A stretch of DNA of 32,881 nucleotides from a virus (Duplodnaviria > Heunggongvirae > Uroviricota > Caudoviricetes), in IMG/VR virus record IMGVR_UViG_2579778650_000028, one strand, 5' to 3'. The notes under the pieces were generated by a model, which saw nothing but the letters and a program-made list of their open reading frames with translations, did not search any database and had not been told where the DNA came from. Position 1 is the first letter of the stretch. Each line of letters begins with the position of its first letter. Shown piece by piece: positions 17,572 through 29,358 of the stretch. Made by a program: the position numbers and the translations under genes.

Positions 17572-18657
17572 ATGAAAAAACACGCGATTGGCATTGCCGC
17601 ACTGAATGCGCTGTCCATTGACGATGACGGCTGGTGCCAGCTATTGCCTGCCGGTCATTTCAGTGCCCGTGATGGTCGCCCGTTTGATGTGACAGGTGGT
17701 CAGGGGTGGTTCATCGACGGTGAGATTGCCGGGCGTCTGGTTGAAGGCGTTCGCGCGCTCAACCAGGACGTGCTGATTGATTACGAGCATAACCAGCTAC
17801 GTAAGGACAAAGGATTACCCCCGGAACAACTCGTCGCGGCTGGCTGGTTTAACGCCGATGAAATGCAGTGGCGTGAAGGTGAAGGGTTATTTATCCACCC
17901 ACGCTGGACGGCGGCGGCCCAGCAGCGCATCGATGACGGCGAATTTGGTTATCTCTCTGCGGTTTTTCCGTATGACACCGCCACCGGTGCGGTGCTGCAA
18001 ATCCGCCTTGCTGCGCTGACCAATGACCCCGGTGCCACCGGCATGAAAAAGCTGACCGCACTGGCGGCAGACCTTCCCGACATCCTTCAACAGGAGAACA
18101 AACCCATGAATGAAACGCTGCGCAAGCTGCTTGCGCGTCTTGGGGTGACTGTCCCCGAAAATGCAGACATCACCGATGAACAGGCCAGCGCGGCCCTGAG
18201 TGCGCTTGATGCGCTCGAAACAGATGCCGGAAAAGTGGCGTCGTTATCCGCCGAACTGGAAAAGGCACAGAAAGCCGCCGTTGACCTGACGAAATACGTC
18301 CCTGTGGAAAGCTACAACGCCCTGCGTGATGAACTGGCACAGGCGACTGCACAAAGCGCCACAGCCAGCCTGAGCGCCGTTCTGGACAAGGCGGAACAGG
18401 AAGGCCGCATTTTCAAAAGCGAACGTACCTACCTGGAACAGCTTGGCGGTCAGATTGGCGTGGCGGCACTGTCGGCACAGCTTGAGAAAAAACAGCCCAT
18501 CGCTGCGTTATCTGCCATGCAGACCACCACAGCGAAAATCCCGTCGCAGGAAAAACCGGCGGTGGCGGTGCTGTCTGCTGATGAACAGGCAGCAGTGAAG
18601 GCGCTCGGCATTACTGAGGCTGAGTATCTGAAAATGAAACAGGAACAAGAAAAATGA
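17572..18657 (+). CDS. I: head protease/scaffold protein I (Mu gp32), 361 aa; C-terminal part corresponds to scaffold Z
   Basis: 361 aa as in Mu I; Ala/Glu/Gln-rich coiled-coil C-terminal half typical of scaffold; directly precedes the major head gene. Confidence 0.85.
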   Translation: MKKHAIGIAALNALSIDDDGWCQLLPAGHFSARDGRPFDVTGGQGWFIDGEIAGRLVEGVRALNQDVLIDYEHNQLRKDKGLPPEQLVAAGWFNADEMQWREGEGLFIHPRWTAAAQQRIDDGEFGYLSAVFPYDTATGAVLQIRLAALTNDPGATGMKKLTALAADLPDILQQENKPMNETLRKLLARLGVTVPENADITDEQASAALSALDALETDAGKVASLSAELEKAQKAAVDLTKYVPVESYNALRDELAQATAQSATASLSAVLDKAEQEGRIFKSERTYLEQLGGQIGVAALSAQLEKKQPIAALSAMQTTTAKIPSQEKPAVAVLSADEQAAVKALGITEAEYLKMKQEQEK

Positions 18658-19571
18658 TTGTCACCCCGGCATCCATTAAAGCCCTGATGACCTCCTGGCG
18701 TAAGGATTTTCAGGGCGGTCTTGAAGACGCCCCGTCGCAGTACAGCAAAATTGCAATGGTGGTGAACTCTTCCACCCGCAGTAATACCTATGGCTGGCTG
18801 GGTAAATTCCCGACCCTGAAAGAATGGGTGGGTAAGCGAACCATTCAGCAAATGGAAGCGCATGGCTACTCCATCGCCAATAAAACGTTTGAAGGCACCG
18901 TGGGTATTTCCCGTGATGACTTCGAGGATGACAATCTGGGTATTTATGCGCCGATTTTTCAGGAGATGGGGCGTTCTGCGGCAGTTCAGCCGGATGAGCT
19001 GATTTTTAAACTTCTGAAAGATGGCTTTACCCAGCCGTGCTATGACGGTCAGAACTTCTTCGACAAGGAGCATCCGGTATATCCGAATGTGGACGGCACG
19101 GGCAGCGCGGTTAATACCTCCAACATCGTTGAGCAGGACAGCTTCAGCGGTCTGCCGTTCTATCTGCTGGACTGCTCCCGCGCAGTCAAACCGCTGATTT
19201 TCCAGGAGCGCCGCAAACCGGAGCTGGTCGCACGTACCCGTATCGATGACGACCACGTTTTTATGGATAACGAGTTCCTGTTTGGTGCCAGCGCCCGCCG
19301 TGCTGCCGGTTACGGCTTCTGGCAGATGGCTGTCGCGGTAAAAGGCGATCTGACGCTGGATAACCTCTGGAAGGGCTGGCAACTGATGCGATCTTTTGAA
19401 GGTGATGGCGGTAAGAAGCTGGGCCTGAAGCCGACGCATATCGTTGTACCGGTCGGGCTGGAAAAAGCCGCAGAGCAACTGCTTAACCGTGAACTGTTCG
19501 CGGATGGCAATACCACCGTCTCCAACGAGATGAAGGGCAAGCTGCAACTGGTTGTCGCTGACTACCTGTAA
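18654..19571 (+). CDS. T: major head (capsid) protein T (Mu gp34), 305 aa
   Basis: 305 aa as in Mu T; start overlaps the I stop; followed by a strong terminator, as is common after major capsid genes. Confidence 0.9.
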   Translation: MIVTPASIKALMTSWRKDFQGGLEDAPSQYSKIAMVVNSSTRSNTYGWLGKFPTLKEWVGKRTIQQMEAHGYSIANKTFEGTVGISRDDFEDDNLGIYAPIFQEMGRSAAVQPDELIFKLLKDGFTQPCYDGQNFFDKEHPVYPNVDGTGSAVNTSNIVEQDSFSGLPFYLLDCSRAVKPLIFQERRKPELVARTRIDDDHVFMDNEFLFGASARRAAGYGFWQMAVAVKGDLTLDNLWKGWQLMRSFEGDGGKKLGLKPTHIVVPVGLEKAAEQLLNRELFADGNTTVSNEMKGKLQLVVADYL

Positions 19572-19580
19572 CCGTCATTA

Positions 19581-19605
19581 AAAGGCGGTTCAGACCGCCT
19601 TTTAA
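19581..19605 (+). terminator. rho-independent terminator/attenuator after the major head gene
   Basis: Hairpin AAAGGCGGT-TCAG-ACCGCCTTT followed by TTTT. Confidence 0.7.
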
Positions 19606-19637
19606 CCTGATTTAAAGGAAAAGGAGGAGCATGTGTT

Positions 19638-20048
19638 ATGTCAGGCACTTCGCTTAATTCACAACGGCTGGACACTTCTCGCATCACTTGCACGGCGATT
19701 ATTAAATGCCTTCGTCCGGTCTACCGCCGCGCCGGAATCGCCTTTACGCGTGGCGAAAACACCGTGGAAGTCACCGAAGAACAACTGGCGATCATTCGTG
19801 CCGACAGCGTGCTGTCTGTGGTATCTGCATCGTCAGCAGAAACGCTCGCTGAGGCTGGGGGGCTGGACGTTCTGGGTGTGGGCGATCTGAATACCCGTAT
19901 CCGTGCGACCGTTGCCGGTCTGGATAAGGCAAACCCGGAACACTTTACCGCAGGGGGGGAACCCAAAGTGAAAGCCGTCAGTGCGGCGCTGGGGGAACCG
20001 GTGAGCGGTGCGCAAATCAAAGCGGCGCTGGCTGAGGTGGATGCATGA
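19638..20048 (+). CDS. hypothetical head-region protein (Mu gp35 position), 136 aa
   Basis: Strong RBS AAGGAGGAG 8 nt upstream of ATG 19638. Confidence 0.55.
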   Translation: MSGTSLNSQRLDTSRITCTAIIKCLRPVYRRAGIAFTRGENTVEVTEEQLAIIRADSVLSVVSASSAETLAEAGGLDVLGVGDLNTRIRATVAGLDKANPEHFTAGGEPKVKAVSAALGEPVSGAQIKAALAEVDA

Positions 20049-20470
20049 ATTACGCGACGGTAAATGACCTGTGCGCCCGCTATACACGTACGCGGCTGGA
20101 TATTCTCACCCGCCCTAAAACAGCGGACGGGCAGCCGGATGATGCCGTGGCAGAACAGGCACTGGCAGATGCTTCGGCCTTTATTGATGGCTATCTCGCC
20201 GCGCGCTTTGTTCTGCCGCTTACCGTCGCCCCCTCACTGCTGAAACGGCAGTGTTGCGTGGTGGCCTGGTTTTATCTGAATGAATCACAACCCACCGAGC
20301 AGCTCATCGCAACTTACAGGGACACGGTGCGCTGGCTGGAACAGGTGCGCGATGGCAAAACAGATCCCGGCGTGGAAAGCAGGACGGTAGCCTCGCCGGA
20401 TGGTGAAAACCTTGTGCAGGTGCAGTCTGACGCGCCGGTCTTCTCACGAAAACAGAAGGGGTTTATCTGA
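20045..20470 (+). CDS. J: head completion/connector-type protein (Mu gp36), 141 aa
   Basis: Start overlaps the upstream stop; conserved position after T. Confidence 0.6.
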   Translation: MNYATVNDLCARYTRTRLDILTRPKTADGQPDDAVAEQALADASAFIDGYLAARFVLPLTVAPSLLKRQCCVVAWFYLNESQPTEQLIATYRDTVRWLEQVRDGKTDPGVESRTVASPDGENLVQVQSDAPVFSRKQKGFI

Positions 20471-21018
20471 TGCTGGAAGAAACCGAAGCCGCACTGCTGG
20501 CGCGCGTTCGTGAGTTGTTTGGGGCAACCCTGCGGCAGGTGGAACCCCTTACCGGCACATGGACTAACGAGGATGTGCACCGTCTCTTTCTGGCCCCGCC
20601 ATCGGTATTTCTGGCATGGATGGGCTGTGGTGAGGGGCGTACGCGTCGGGAAGTTGAAAGTCGCTGGGCATTTTTTGTCGTGGCGGAGTTGCTGAACGGG
20701 GAACAGGTAAACCGGCCCGGTATTTATCAGATTGTGGAGCGACTGATTGCCGGTGTTAACGGTCAGACGTTTGGCCCGACCACCGGGATGAGACTGACGC
20801 AGGTCAGAAATCTTTGTAACGACAACCGTATCGATGCCGGTGTGGTGCTTTACGGTGTTCTGTTCAGTGGCACTACCCCGTTACCGTCCGTGGTGGATAC
20901 GGACTCGCTGGATGATTATGAGCGTCACTGGCAGACCTGGGAATATCCGGACGGAACCCCGGAATTTGCCGCACATATCAATGTGAATCAGGAAAAGGAT
21001 CATGATGCTGAAAATTAA
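20470..21018 (+). CDS. K: head-tail joining protein (Mu gp37), 182 aa
   Basis: ATGA overlap with J; conserved position. Confidence 0.6.
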   Translation: MLEETEAALLARVRELFGATLRQVEPLTGTWTNEDVHRLFLAPPSVFLAWMGCGEGRTRREVESRWAFFVVAELLNGEQVNRPGIYQIVERLIAGVNGQTFGPTTGMRLTQVRNLCNDNRIDAGVVLYGVLFSGTTPLPSVVDTDSLDDYERHWQTWEYPDGTPEFAAHINVNQEKDHDAEN

Positions 21019-21208
21019 ACCCGCAGCGGGAAAAGCCATCCGTGACCCGCTCACGATGAAATTACTGGCGTCTGAGGGAGAAGAAAAGCCCCGTAACAGT
21101 TTCTGGATACGTCGCCTTGCAGCCGGTGATGTGGTTGAAGTCGGGAGCACCGAAAACACGGCGGATGATACCGTCGCTGTGCCGAAAAAACGGAGTAAAT
21201 CGAAATGA
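21002..21208 (+). CDS. small protein (Mu gp38 position), 68 aa
   Basis: Overlaps K and L; position conserved. Confidence 0.5.
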   Translation: MMLKIKPAAGKAIRDPLTMKLLASEGEEKPRNSFWIRRLAAGDVVEVGSTENTADDTVAVPKKRSKSK

Positions 21209-22692
21209 GCGATATTTCATTTAACGCGATCCCGTCAGATGTTCGCGTTCCTCTGACGTATATCGAATTTGATAACAGTAATGCCGTCAGCGGAACACCG
21301 GCACCCCGTCAGCGCGTGCTGATGTTCGGGCAAAGCGGAAGTAAAGCCAGTGCGGCACCAAACGTGCCTGTCCGTATCCGTTCCGGCTCACAGGCCAGTG
21401 CGGCGTTTGGTCAGGGTTCCATGCTGGCACTGATGGCAGATGCATTCCTGAACGCTAACCGCGTGGCGGAGCTGTGGTGTATCCCGCAGGGGAATGGCAC
21501 CGGTAATGCTGCTGTCGGTGAAATTTCACTGTCAGGAACGGCAGGCGAAAACGGCTCGCTTGTGACTTACATTGCCGGTCAGCGACTGGCGGTATCTGTC
21601 GCAGCAGGTGCAACGGGAGCGGCGCTGGCTGACCTGCTGGTTGCCCGAATCAAAGGCCAGCCTGATTTACCGGTGACGGCAGAAGTTCGCGCAGACAGCG
21701 GGGATGATGACACCCATGCAGATGTGGTTCTGAGTGCAAAATTTACGGGTGCATTATCTGCCGTGGACGTGCGCTGGAACTATTACGCGGGTGAAACGAC
21801 CCCTTACGGGATTATCACGGCATTCAAAGCCGCCTCCGGGAAAAATGGCAACCCGGATACCAGCGCAAGTATCGCGGGAATGGGCGATCTGCAATACAAA
21901 TATATTGTGATGCCCTATACCGATGAACCGAACCTGAATCTGTTACGCACTGAATTGCAGGAACGCTGGGGACCAGTCAATCAGGCTGATGGCTTTGCCG
22001 TGACAGTGCTGTCCGGCACGTATGGGGATATTTCCACGTTTGGTGTCAGCCGTAATGACCATCTGATTTCCTGTATGGGGATTGCCGGTGCACCGGAACC
22101 GTCATATCTGTACGCCGCCACCCTGTGTGCCGTTGCCAGCCAGGCGCTTTCCATCGACCCGGCGCGTCCACTCCAGACGCTGACGTTGCCCGGAAGAATG
22201 CCGCCTGCGGTGGGGGATCGTTTCACCTGGTCAGAACGTAATGCGCTGCTGTTTGACGGCATCTCCACGTTTAACGTGAATGATGGTGGTGAAATGCAGA
22301 TTGAACGCATGATCACGATGTACCGCACAAACAAGTACGGTGACAGCGATCCGTCTTATCTGAACGTGAATACCATCGCCACGCTGAGTTATCTGCGTTA
22401 TTCGCTGCGAACCCGCATCACGCAGAAATTCCCGAACTACAAGCTGGCAAGTGATGGCACCCGCTTTGCCACCGGTCAGGCCGTGGTGACGCCATCCGTG
22501 ATTAAAACGGAGCTGCTGGCACTGTTTGAAGAATGGGAAAACGCCGGACTGGTCGAGGATTTCGACACGTTCAAAGAGGAGCTGTATGTGGCACGTAACA
22601 AGGACGACAAAGACCGCCTTGATGTGCTGTGCGGCCCGAATCTGATTAACCAGTTCCGCATTTTCGCGGCACAAGTTCAGTTCATTCTGTAA
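21205..22692 (+). CDS. L: contractile tail sheath protein (Mu gp39), 495 aa
   Basis: 495 aa as in Mu L; followed immediately by a tube-sized gene. Confidence 0.9.
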   Translation: MSDISFNAIPSDVRVPLTYIEFDNSNAVSGTPAPRQRVLMFGQSGSKASAAPNVPVRIRSGSQASAAFGQGSMLALMADAFLNANRVAELWCIPQGNGTGNAAVGEISLSGTAGENGSLVTYIAGQRLAVSVAAGATGAALADLLVARIKGQPDLPVTAEVRADSGDDDTHADVVLSAKFTGALSAVDVRWNYYAGETTPYGIITAFKAASGKNGNPDTSASIAGMGDLQYKYIVMPYTDEPNLNLLRTELQERWGPVNQADGFAVTVLSGTYGDISTFGVSRNDHLISCMGIAGAPEPSYLYAATLCAVASQALSIDPARPLQTLTLPGRMPPAVGDRFTWSERNALLFDGISTFNVNDGGEMQIERMITMYRTNKYGDSDPSYLNVNTIATLSYLRYSLRTRITQKFPNYKLASDGTRFATGQAVVTPSVIKTELLALFEEWENAGLVEDFDTFKEELYVARNKDDKDRLDVLCGPNLINQFRIFAAQVQFIL

Positions 22693-22701
22693 GGAGCATT
22701 T

Positions 22702-23058
22702 ATGGCTGGAAATCAGCGTCAGGGGGTGGCGTTCATCCGTGTCAATGGCATGGAGCTTGAAACGATGGAAGGGGCCTCCTTCACGCCTTCCGGCATCACC
22801 CGTGAAGAAGTGACCGGCTCGCGGGTTTATGGCTGGAAAGGTAAACCACGTGCCGCAAAGCTGGAATGCAAAATTCCGGGCGGTGGTGATATCGGTCTGG
22901 ATGAAATCATCGGCTGGGAAAACATCACGGCAGAGTTTCAGGCAGACACCGGTGAAACCTGGATGATGGCGAATGCCTGGCAGGCAGATGAACCGAAAAA
23001 CGACGGCGGCGAAATTTCGCTGGTACTGATGGCAAAACAAAGCAAACGCATTGCATAA
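22702..23058 (+). CDS. M: tail tube protein (Mu gp40), 118 aa
   Basis: 118 aa; RBS TAAGGAG; between sheath and the chaperone/tape-measure genes. Confidence 0.85.
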   Translation: MAGNQRQGVAFIRVNGMELETMEGASFTPSGITREEVTGSRVYGWKGKPRAAKLECKIPGGGDIGLDEIIGWENITAEFQADTGETWMMANAWQADEPKNDGGEISLVLMAKQSKRIA

Positions 23059-23067
23059 GGGGAAACA

Positions 23068-23502
23068 ATGGACGAAATGAATTTAGGTCCTGAAGCACAG
23101 GAACTGCATGACAGCATTGTGGCAGAAATTCAGTCCGGCGTGCTGAAACTGAAAGACGGCCTGCCGTTCGGCACCGGTGACGAGACTGAAATGCAGTATG
23201 ACGTGACGCTGCGTGAACTGACCGCAGGCGATATGATTGATGCACAGGCGGCTGCTGAAAAGCTGGTAATGAGCAAGGAAGGTCCGGTGCTGGTCAGTTC
23301 CCCGTCCCGGATGGGACTGGAAATGCTGCGCCGACAGATTGCCAGCGTGGGCTGCATCAAAGGCCCGTTGTCGATGGCGCTGATTCGTAAGCTGTCTGTC
23401 GATGACTTCCAGCGTCTGTCGCTGGCCACAGAAATGTACGACATGGCTGTGGCGGCATCGCTGACGCAAGAACGGGGGCGAGTGGCTGCGGTGCCGGAAT
23501 GA
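23068..23502 (+). CDS. tail assembly chaperone-like protein (Mu gp41), 144 aa
   Basis: Position between tube and tape measure; RBS AAGGGGAAA. Confidence 0.6.
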   Translation: MDEMNLGPEAQELHDSIVAEIQSGVLKLKDGLPFGTGDETEMQYDVTLRELTAGDMIDAQAAAEKLVMSKEGPVLVSSPSRMGLEMLRRQIASVGCIKGPLSMALIRKLSVDDFQRLSLATEMYDMAVAASLTQERGRVAAVPE

Positions 23503-23646
23503 TATTGAGAAAGCGGCGACAGCGATTGGCGTTATTCTGAAAAGTGGCCCGGAATGGGCCTTGTCTCTCCCGCTGTCCCGCTTTTTCCGGCACTGCCAGC
23601 AGGCTAAAACCCTCTCTCAATATCACCGTTAAATCAGGAAATCTCT

Positions 23647-25719
23647 ATGACCGGGAAACGCTTAAAGGCGTCTGTCATTATTGATCTTAATGGCAATCTT
23701 TCCCGGCGTTCCCGCCAGTATTCGAACCAGATAAACGCCCTGTCCCGTAGCGGGCAAAGTTCCCTTCGTGCCCTGCGTATGGAGGTTGTGCGCGTTTCTG
23801 GTGCCATTGACAGAATGGGTTCACTGTCAACCCGTACATTCCGAATGCTGTCAGCCGGGGCGCTGGGTATCGCTGGCGTGGGTTACACCGCCAATAAACT
23901 GTTTATTGGTGCAGCCGCCCAGCGTGAGCAGCAGATCATCGCCATGAACTCGCTGTATCACGGCGATAAGGTCAGAGCGCAGGCCATGATGGCCTGGGCA
24001 AAGCAGAACGCGAAGGACACCACGTGGGGGCTGAGTGGTGTTCTGGATGAGATCCGTTCGTCGAAAGGCTTCGGCATGACGGATGAACAGACGAAACAGT
24101 TCATCACCATGTTGCAGGATCAGGGGGCCATGCACGGCTGGGATTTACCCACTGCCCAGGGTGCCTCACTGCAACTGAAACAGATGTTTGCCCGCCAGCA
24201 AATCACAGCGGCGGATGCCAACCTGCTGACCGGTTACGGTATCAACGTTTATCAGGCGCTGGCGGATGCAACGGGAACGGACGTTAAAAAAATCCGTGAT
24301 CTGGGTACAAAGGGCAAGCTGGGCCTGAAATCCATTCTGACGGTATTCAGAACGCTGTCAGAACAGTCAAAAGGTGCACAGGCCAGTGCGATGAACTCCT
24401 GGGACGGGATGTTCGCCCAGATGGAAGCCAACCTGCTTGAATTTCGCATAAAGGTGGCAAACAGCGGCCCCTTTGAAGAAATCAAGAACGAGATGCGCCG
24501 GGTGCTTAACTGGCACGACATGGCGGATAAATCCGGGGAACTTGACGCACTGGCAGAAAACATTGGTCAGAAATTTCTGACCACGTTCAGAACGGTAAAA
24601 ATCGCGGCGCAGGAGTTATGGCGCTGGCTGAAACCGGGTAAAGATGCGCTGGCATGGGTTGACCAGAATATTGTCAGCCTGAAAAAACTGGCTGCTGTTC
24701 TGGTGTCTGTCTGGCTTGCCAATAAAGCCCTGAGAGCAGGCTGGGCCGTGGCAAAACCCTCATGGCAGGTTGCCAGTTATCCGTTTAAAACCGGGCGTCG
24801 TATGTGGCGCTGGATGCGAAACCGCAAACGTGGGCAGGCAGGGCTGCCGGTCCCGGATGCCATGACGTCTGAGACGCTGTTGCAGGGTATCGGCATTCAG
24901 CGTGTGTTTGTCATCAACTGGCCCCGTGGATTTGGTGGCTACGGGAGTGGCGGCGGTCGTCGCGTACGGAGCGGCGGAAGAATGGCCCCGCTGTTACCCC
25001 GCCAGCCGTTATTGCTGTCCGGGCCACAGCCGCTGGCATTACCTGCACCACGCCCTGTACTGGCATTACCCCCACCCGGCGTACCGGTAACGGCACGGCC
25101 TGCACCATTACCTTTACCCGGTAAATCCGGTCTTCTGAGCAGGCTTGCAGGCAGTGCTGCCGGGCAACTGGTTACGGGAACGGTCGGAAAGCTGGCTGAT
25201 GCCGGGCGTGCCGCTGGCGGGTGGTTTTCCGGTATCGGAAACAAACTTGCAGGCAGTGCGATCGGTCGGGTTGTGACAAAAGGTGCCGGGGCGCTGGGCT
25301 GGATGGGGAAAGGTGCCGGTCGTGCGTTGTCACGTCTGGGTGGCCCGGTAATGGGGGCACTCCAGCTTGCCCCCGTCCTGATGGATGAGCAGGCGTCAAC
25401 CCATGAAAAAGCAGGCGCAATTGGCAGTACAGCCGGTGCATGGCTCGGCGGTGCCGTTGGCAGCCTTGCCGGACCGCTGGGTACGGTTGCCGGTGCCACG
25501 CTGGGCAGTGTCGCCGGGGAGTATCTGGGCGGTTTTGTAACCGACCTGTATCAGAAATGGACGGCCACGGATAAGGAACCGCAGGAACAAAAAGTCAATG
25601 CGGAAGCCTCGCTGCGCGTCGAACTTGGCGAGGGGTTACGTCTGACCAGTTCCCGCGTCACCGAGGACGGTATGGGGCTGAATATTTACGCGGGCGATAA
25701 CTACATTACGGGCTGGTAA
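23647..25719 (+). CDS. tail tape measure protein (Mu gp42), 690 aa
   Basis: Long alpha-helical N-terminal half, and a Gly/Ala/Pro-rich C-terminal region with a hydrophobic segment ([11 protein letters not shown]); position after the chaperone. Confidence 0.9.
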   Translation: MTGKRLKASVIIDLNGNLSRRSRQYSNQINALSRSGQSSLRALRMEVVRVSGAIDRMGSLSTRTFRMLSAGALGIAGVGYTANKLFIGAAAQREQQIIAMNSLYHGDKVRAQAMMAWAKQNAKDTTWGLSGVLDEIRSSKGFGMTDEQTKQFITMLQDQGAMHGWDLPTAQGASLQLKQMFARQQITAADANLLTGYGINVYQALADATGTDVKKIRDLGTKGKLGLKSILTVFRTLSEQSKGAQASAMNSWDGMFAQMEANLLEFRIKVANSGPFEEIKNEMRRVLNWHDMADKSGELDALAENIGQKFLTTFRTVKIAAQELWRWLKPGKDALAWVDQNIVSLKKLAAVLVSVWLANKALRAGWAVAKPSWQVASYPFKTGRRMWRWMRNRKRGQAGLPVPDAMTSETLLQGIGIQRVFVINWPRGFGGYGSGGGRRVRSGGRMAPLLPRQPLLLSGPQPLALPAPRPVLALPPPGVPVTARPAPLPLPGKSGLLSRLAGSAAGQLVTGTVGKLADAGRAAGGWFSGIGNKLAGSAIGRVVTKGAGALGWMGKGAGRALSRLGGPVMGALQLAPVLMDEQASTHEKAGAIGSTAGAWLGGAVGSLAGPLGTVAGATLGSVAGEYLGGFVTDLYQKWTATDKEPQEQKVNAEASLRVELGEGLRLTSSRVTEDGMGLNIYAGDNYITGW

Positions 25720-25723
25720 AACC

Positions 25724-27211
25724 ATGTTTGAAGATGCTTTAAATGTCGTTAATGCTGTCCGGGATAAAACCGGTGGAGGCAGGAAAACAACCGGCAAAGG
25801 CACGTTCCGTAACGTGCCGTTTCTCGTCATCGAGGAGCAAAAACAGGCTGGCGGACGTCGCCTGGTTAAACGCGAGTACCCGTTACGTGATACCGGCGGC
25901 GTCAATGACCTGGGGAAAAAGCTTCGCTCCCGTACATTCAGCGCCTGCATTCTGAACAGCAACGCAGAAACAGCCAGAGATGAAGCGGGTGCGCTGATGG
26001 ATGCTCTTGATGCTCCGGGTAGCGGTGAGCTGGTACATCCTGATTTCGGCACTGTGGACGTCATGGTGGATTCATGGGAATGCCGCACTAAAGCGGATGA
26101 ACTGAATTATTACGCGTTCACCGTTACCGTTTATCCGTCGTTGCAGGATACTGCCCCGGACGCAGAGACAGACACCAGTGCAGCCGTACCGGCACAGGCC
26201 GTTGCTGTAACCGGTTCTCTGGGAGATACGCTGTCCTCTGTCTGGCAGACCGTAAAAGATGGCACTGCGGCGGCAACCGCCGTGATGGAAGCTGTAACCG
26301 GTGTCATCGATGATATCAGTGATGCGGTGGACAATCTGGGGGTTACGCAGACTGTCAGCGGTCTGATGGGATCGCTTTCTGCGATGAAAGGCTCTGTGAC
26401 CAGCCTGATTAACCAGCCTGCCATGCTGGCCTCCTCGCTGATGGGGGCGCTGTCCGGCGTTTCATCGTTATGCGATACCCGGACAGCATTTTCCACATGG
26501 AACCGTCTGGCGCAGCGATTCGAACGTCGCCATGCTGCCACCGCAGGCAGACAGGGGACAATCACAACCTCGTACAACAGTCCGGTTGCAGAAAAAAATA
26601 TTGCCACACTGAACTACGTCATGCTGGCAGCGGCGCAGACATACCGGGCAGAAGCTGCCAGCCAGGCACTGACTGCGGCACTGGATTTCAGTCGCCGGAT
26701 GGATAATGCCGCCCGTGCACCTGTACTGGATGCCCCGTCCACCACAACCGGCACAGCCATCGGGGCCAGCAGCACATCCGCTACCGTCACACAGGGACAG
26801 TTACAGTTAACTGCCATAACCCCGGACGGCGGTTTTTCACAGGTATCCTTTTCAGACAGTGGTACAGCCACGCCCCCGGTATTTGAAAGTGTGTCCGATA
26901 TCGGAAAAACAGCCGCCATGCTGGGGGCTGCACTGGATACCGTCATTCTGACGGCATCTGAGCAGGGCTTTTCGACAGACAGCGTTCAGCTTACGCAACT
27001 GCGTCTGCTGGTTGTTGCCGACCTGGAAAAACGCGGGCTGCAACTGGCGGGCAGTGAAACGCACCGCCTGCCGGAGACGATGCCTGCAATGGTGGCCCTG
27101 TACCGTTACACAGGAAACAGCCGGAACTGGCAACGGCTGGCCCGCAGGAACGGTATCAGCAACCCGTTGTTTGTTCCCGGTGGTGTCAGTATTGAGGTGA
27201 TTAATGAGTAA
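25724..27211 (+). CDS. N: DNA circularisation protein N (Mu gp43), 495 aa
   Basis: Position immediately after the tape measure; size as in Mu N. Confidence 0.8.
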   Translation: MFEDALNVVNAVRDKTGGGRKTTGKGTFRNVPFLVIEEQKQAGGRRLVKREYPLRDTGGVNDLGKKLRSRTFSACILNSNAETARDEAGALMDALDAPGSGELVHPDFGTVDVMVDSWECRTKADELNYYAFTVTVYPSLQDTAPDAETDTSAAVPAQAVAVTGSLGDTLSSVWQTVKDGTAAATAVMEAVTGVIDDISDAVDNLGVTQTVSGLMGSLSAMKGSVTSLINQPAMLASSLMGALSGVSSLCDTRTAFSTWNRLAQRFERRHAATAGRQGTITTSYNSPVAEKNIATLNYVMLAAAQTYRAEAASQALTAALDFSRRMDNAARAPVLDAPSTTTGTAIGASSTSATVTQGQLQLTAITPDGGFSQVSFSDSGTATPPVFESVSDIGKTAAMLGAALDTVILTASEQGFSTDSVQLTQLRLLVVADLEKRGLQLAGSETHRLPETMPAMVALYRYTGNSRNWQRLARRNGISNPLFVPGGVSIEVINE

Positions 27212-28343
27212 TACCGTCACGCTGCGAACGGATGGCAGGCTTTTTACCGGCTGGACGTCAGTCTCTGTCACCCGCTCGATTGAATCCGTAGCCGGATATT
27301 TTGAGCTGGGGGTGAACGTGCCACCGGGCACGGATTTATCCGGGCTGGCTCCGGGGAAGAAGTTCACGCTCGAAATCGAGGGGCAGATTGTCTGCACCGG
27401 TTATATCGATTCACGGCGACGCCAGATGACCGCTGACAGTATGAAAATCACTGTCGCCGGACGTGACAAAACGGCTGACCTGATTGACTGTGCTGCCGTT
27501 TACAGTGGCGGACAGTGGAAAAAACGCACACTGGAGCAGATTGCGCGTGACCTGTGCGCTCCTTATGGCGTTACCGTTCGCTGGGAGCTTTCCGATAAGG
27601 AAAGTTCGGCAGCTTTTCCCGGCTTCACGCTGGACCATTCAGAAACCGTTTATGAGGCGCTGGTGCGTGCCTCCCGCGCACGCGGTGTACTGATGACCAG
27701 CAATGCCGCCGGAGAGCTGGTATTCAGCCGGGCTGCCAGCACAGCCACTGATGAGCTGGTTCTCGGAGAAAATCTGCTGACGCTGGATTTTGAGGAAGAC
27801 TTCCGCGACCGGTTCAGCGAATACACCGTCAAGGGGTATGCCCGCGCAAATGGTGCTGAGGGTGATGATATTGATGCGAAAAGTATCGTCTCCCGGAAAG
27901 GGACCGCCACTGACAGTGATGTGACCCGTTACAGACCGATGATCATCATTGCTGACAGCAAGATTACGGCGAAGGATGCACAGGCCCGCGCCCTGCGTGA
28001 GCAACGCCGCAGACTGGCAAAATCCATCACCTTTGAGGCAGAAATTGACGGATGGACTCGCAAGGACGGGCAACTCTGGATGCCGAACCTGCTGGTCACT
28101 ATTGATGCCTCGAAATATGCCATCAAAACCACGGAATTACTGGTCAGCAAAGTCACCCTGATACTGAATGACCAGGACGGGCTGAAAACCCGCGTCAGCC
28201 TTGCACCACGCGAAGGCTTTCTGGTGCCGGTTGAAAGCGACCGTAAAAACAGGAAAGGCGGCGACAGTAACGGCGGTATTGATGCGCTGGTTGAAGATTA
28301 TTATCGCAGACACCCGGAGAAAACGCCGCCGTGGAAAGAGTAA
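27204..28343 (+). CDS. P: baseplate hub protein P (Mu gp44), 379 aa
   Basis: Overlaps the N stop; conserved order. Confidence 0.8.
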   Translation: MSNTVTLRTDGRLFTGWTSVSVTRSIESVAGYFELGVNVPPGTDLSGLAPGKKFTLEIEGQIVCTGYIDSRRRQMTADSMKITVAGRDKTADLIDCAAVYSGGQWKKRTLEQIARDLCAPYGVTVRWELSDKESSAAFPGFTLDHSETVYEALVRASRARGVLMTSNAAGELVFSRAASTATDELVLGENLLTLDFEEDFRDRFSEYTVKGYARANGAEGDDIDAKSIVSRKGTATDSDVTRYRPMIIIADSKITAKDAQARALREQRRRLAKSITFEAEIDGWTRKDGQLWMPNLLVTIDASKYAIKTTELLVSKVTLILNDQDGLKTRVSLAPREGFLVPVESDRKNRKGGDSNGGIDALVEDYYRRHPEKTPPWKE

Positions 28344-28354
28344 ATGATTCCGCC

Positions 28355-28924
28355 ATGAACCGCTTGCTGATGCCGCTGATGCGTCGTGTGCGCCTGATGC
28401 TTGCGCGTGCCGTTGTTAACGTGATTAACGACGGACGAAAGGTTCAGAACCTGCAGGTTGGTCTGCTGGATGATGAGGAATCTGATGAAGTGGAGCGCCT
28501 GCAAAATTACGGGCATTTCAGCGTTCCTCTGCCGGGCGCAGAGGCGCTGATTGCCTGTGTGGGTGCACAACGTGATCAGGGGATTGCCGTTGTGGTGGAA
28601 GACCGCCGCTACCGCCCGACAAATCTTGAACCGGGTGATGCTGGCATTTACCACCACGAGGGGCATCGTATCAGGCTGACAAAGGACGGACGCTGCATCA
28701 TTACCTGTAAAACGGTTGAGGTTTACGCTGATGAAAATATGACCGTTGACACACCCAGAACCACGTTTACCGGCGACGTTGAGATCCAGAAAGGTCTGGG
28801 CGTTAAAGGTAAAAGCCAGTTCGACAGCAATATTACTGCCCCGGATGCCATCATCAATGGCAAATCGACGGATAAGCATATCCACCGTGGCGATAGCGGC
28901 GGAACCACGGGGCCAATGCAATGA
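28355..28924 (+). CDS. Q: baseplate spike / central puncturing protein (Mu gp45)
   Basis: Conserved order; first in-frame ATG at 28355. Track ORF begins at GTG 28331. Confidence 0.7.
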   Translation: MNRLLMPLMRRVRLMLARAVVNVINDGRKVQNLQVGLLDDEESDEVERLQNYGHFSVPLPGAEALIACVGAQRDQGIAVVVEDRRYRPTNLEPGDAGIYHHEGHRIRLTKDGRCIITCKTVEVYADENMTVDTPRTTFTGDVEIQKGLGVKGKSQFDSNITAPDAIINGKSTDKHIHRGDSGGTTGPMQ

Positions 28925-29358
28925 CCGATTTAGCCATTATCTGGACGAACGGACGCGGCGATATTGCACAGGATGGCATTGATATGCTGACCGACGACAG
29001 CCTGACAACCGATGTGACAATCTCCCTGTTTACCGACCGGCGCTCGCTGGATTCTGACACGCTGCCGGATGGTTCAGATGATCGCCGTGGATGGTGGGGT
29101 GACAGTTACCGCGACCGCCCCATCGGTTCGCGGTTGTGGCTGTTATCACGTGAAAAAGCCACACCGGATACGCTGGAACGCGCCAGAGGGTATGCCGAAG
29201 AGGCGCTGGAATGGCTGAAAACAGCGGGCCGGGTAAGTGCGATTAACGTCAGGGCGGAACAGTTACATCAGGGCTGGTTATACCTCTACATTGCACTGAC
29301 ATTACCGGATGGTTCCGTTATTCCTTATGAGTTTAAAGCAGCATTTAACGGGGTTTAA
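28921..29358 (+). CDS. V: baseplate protein V (Mu gp46, phage GP46-family), 145 aa
   Basis: Overlaps the Q stop; conserved order. Confidence 0.7.
   Translation: MTDLAIIWTNGRGDIAQDGIDMLTDDSLTTDVTISLFTDRRSLDSDTLPDGSDDRRGWWGDSYRDRPIGSRLWLLSREKATPDTLERARGYAEEALEWLKTAGRVSAINVRAEQLHQGWLYLYIALTLPDGSVIPYEFKAAFNGV

Noticed and set aside
18450-19547. 365-aa minus-strand ORF
   Set aside because: Antisense to the major head gene T, which has the expected length, overlap coupling and terminator.
22231-23040. 269-aa minus-strand ORF
   Set aside because: Antisense to the sheath 3' end and the tube gene; no start signals.
24939-25499. 186-aa Pro/Ala-rich minus-strand ORF
   Set aside because: Mirror image of the Gly/Ala/Pro-rich region of the tape-measure gene; compositional artefact.
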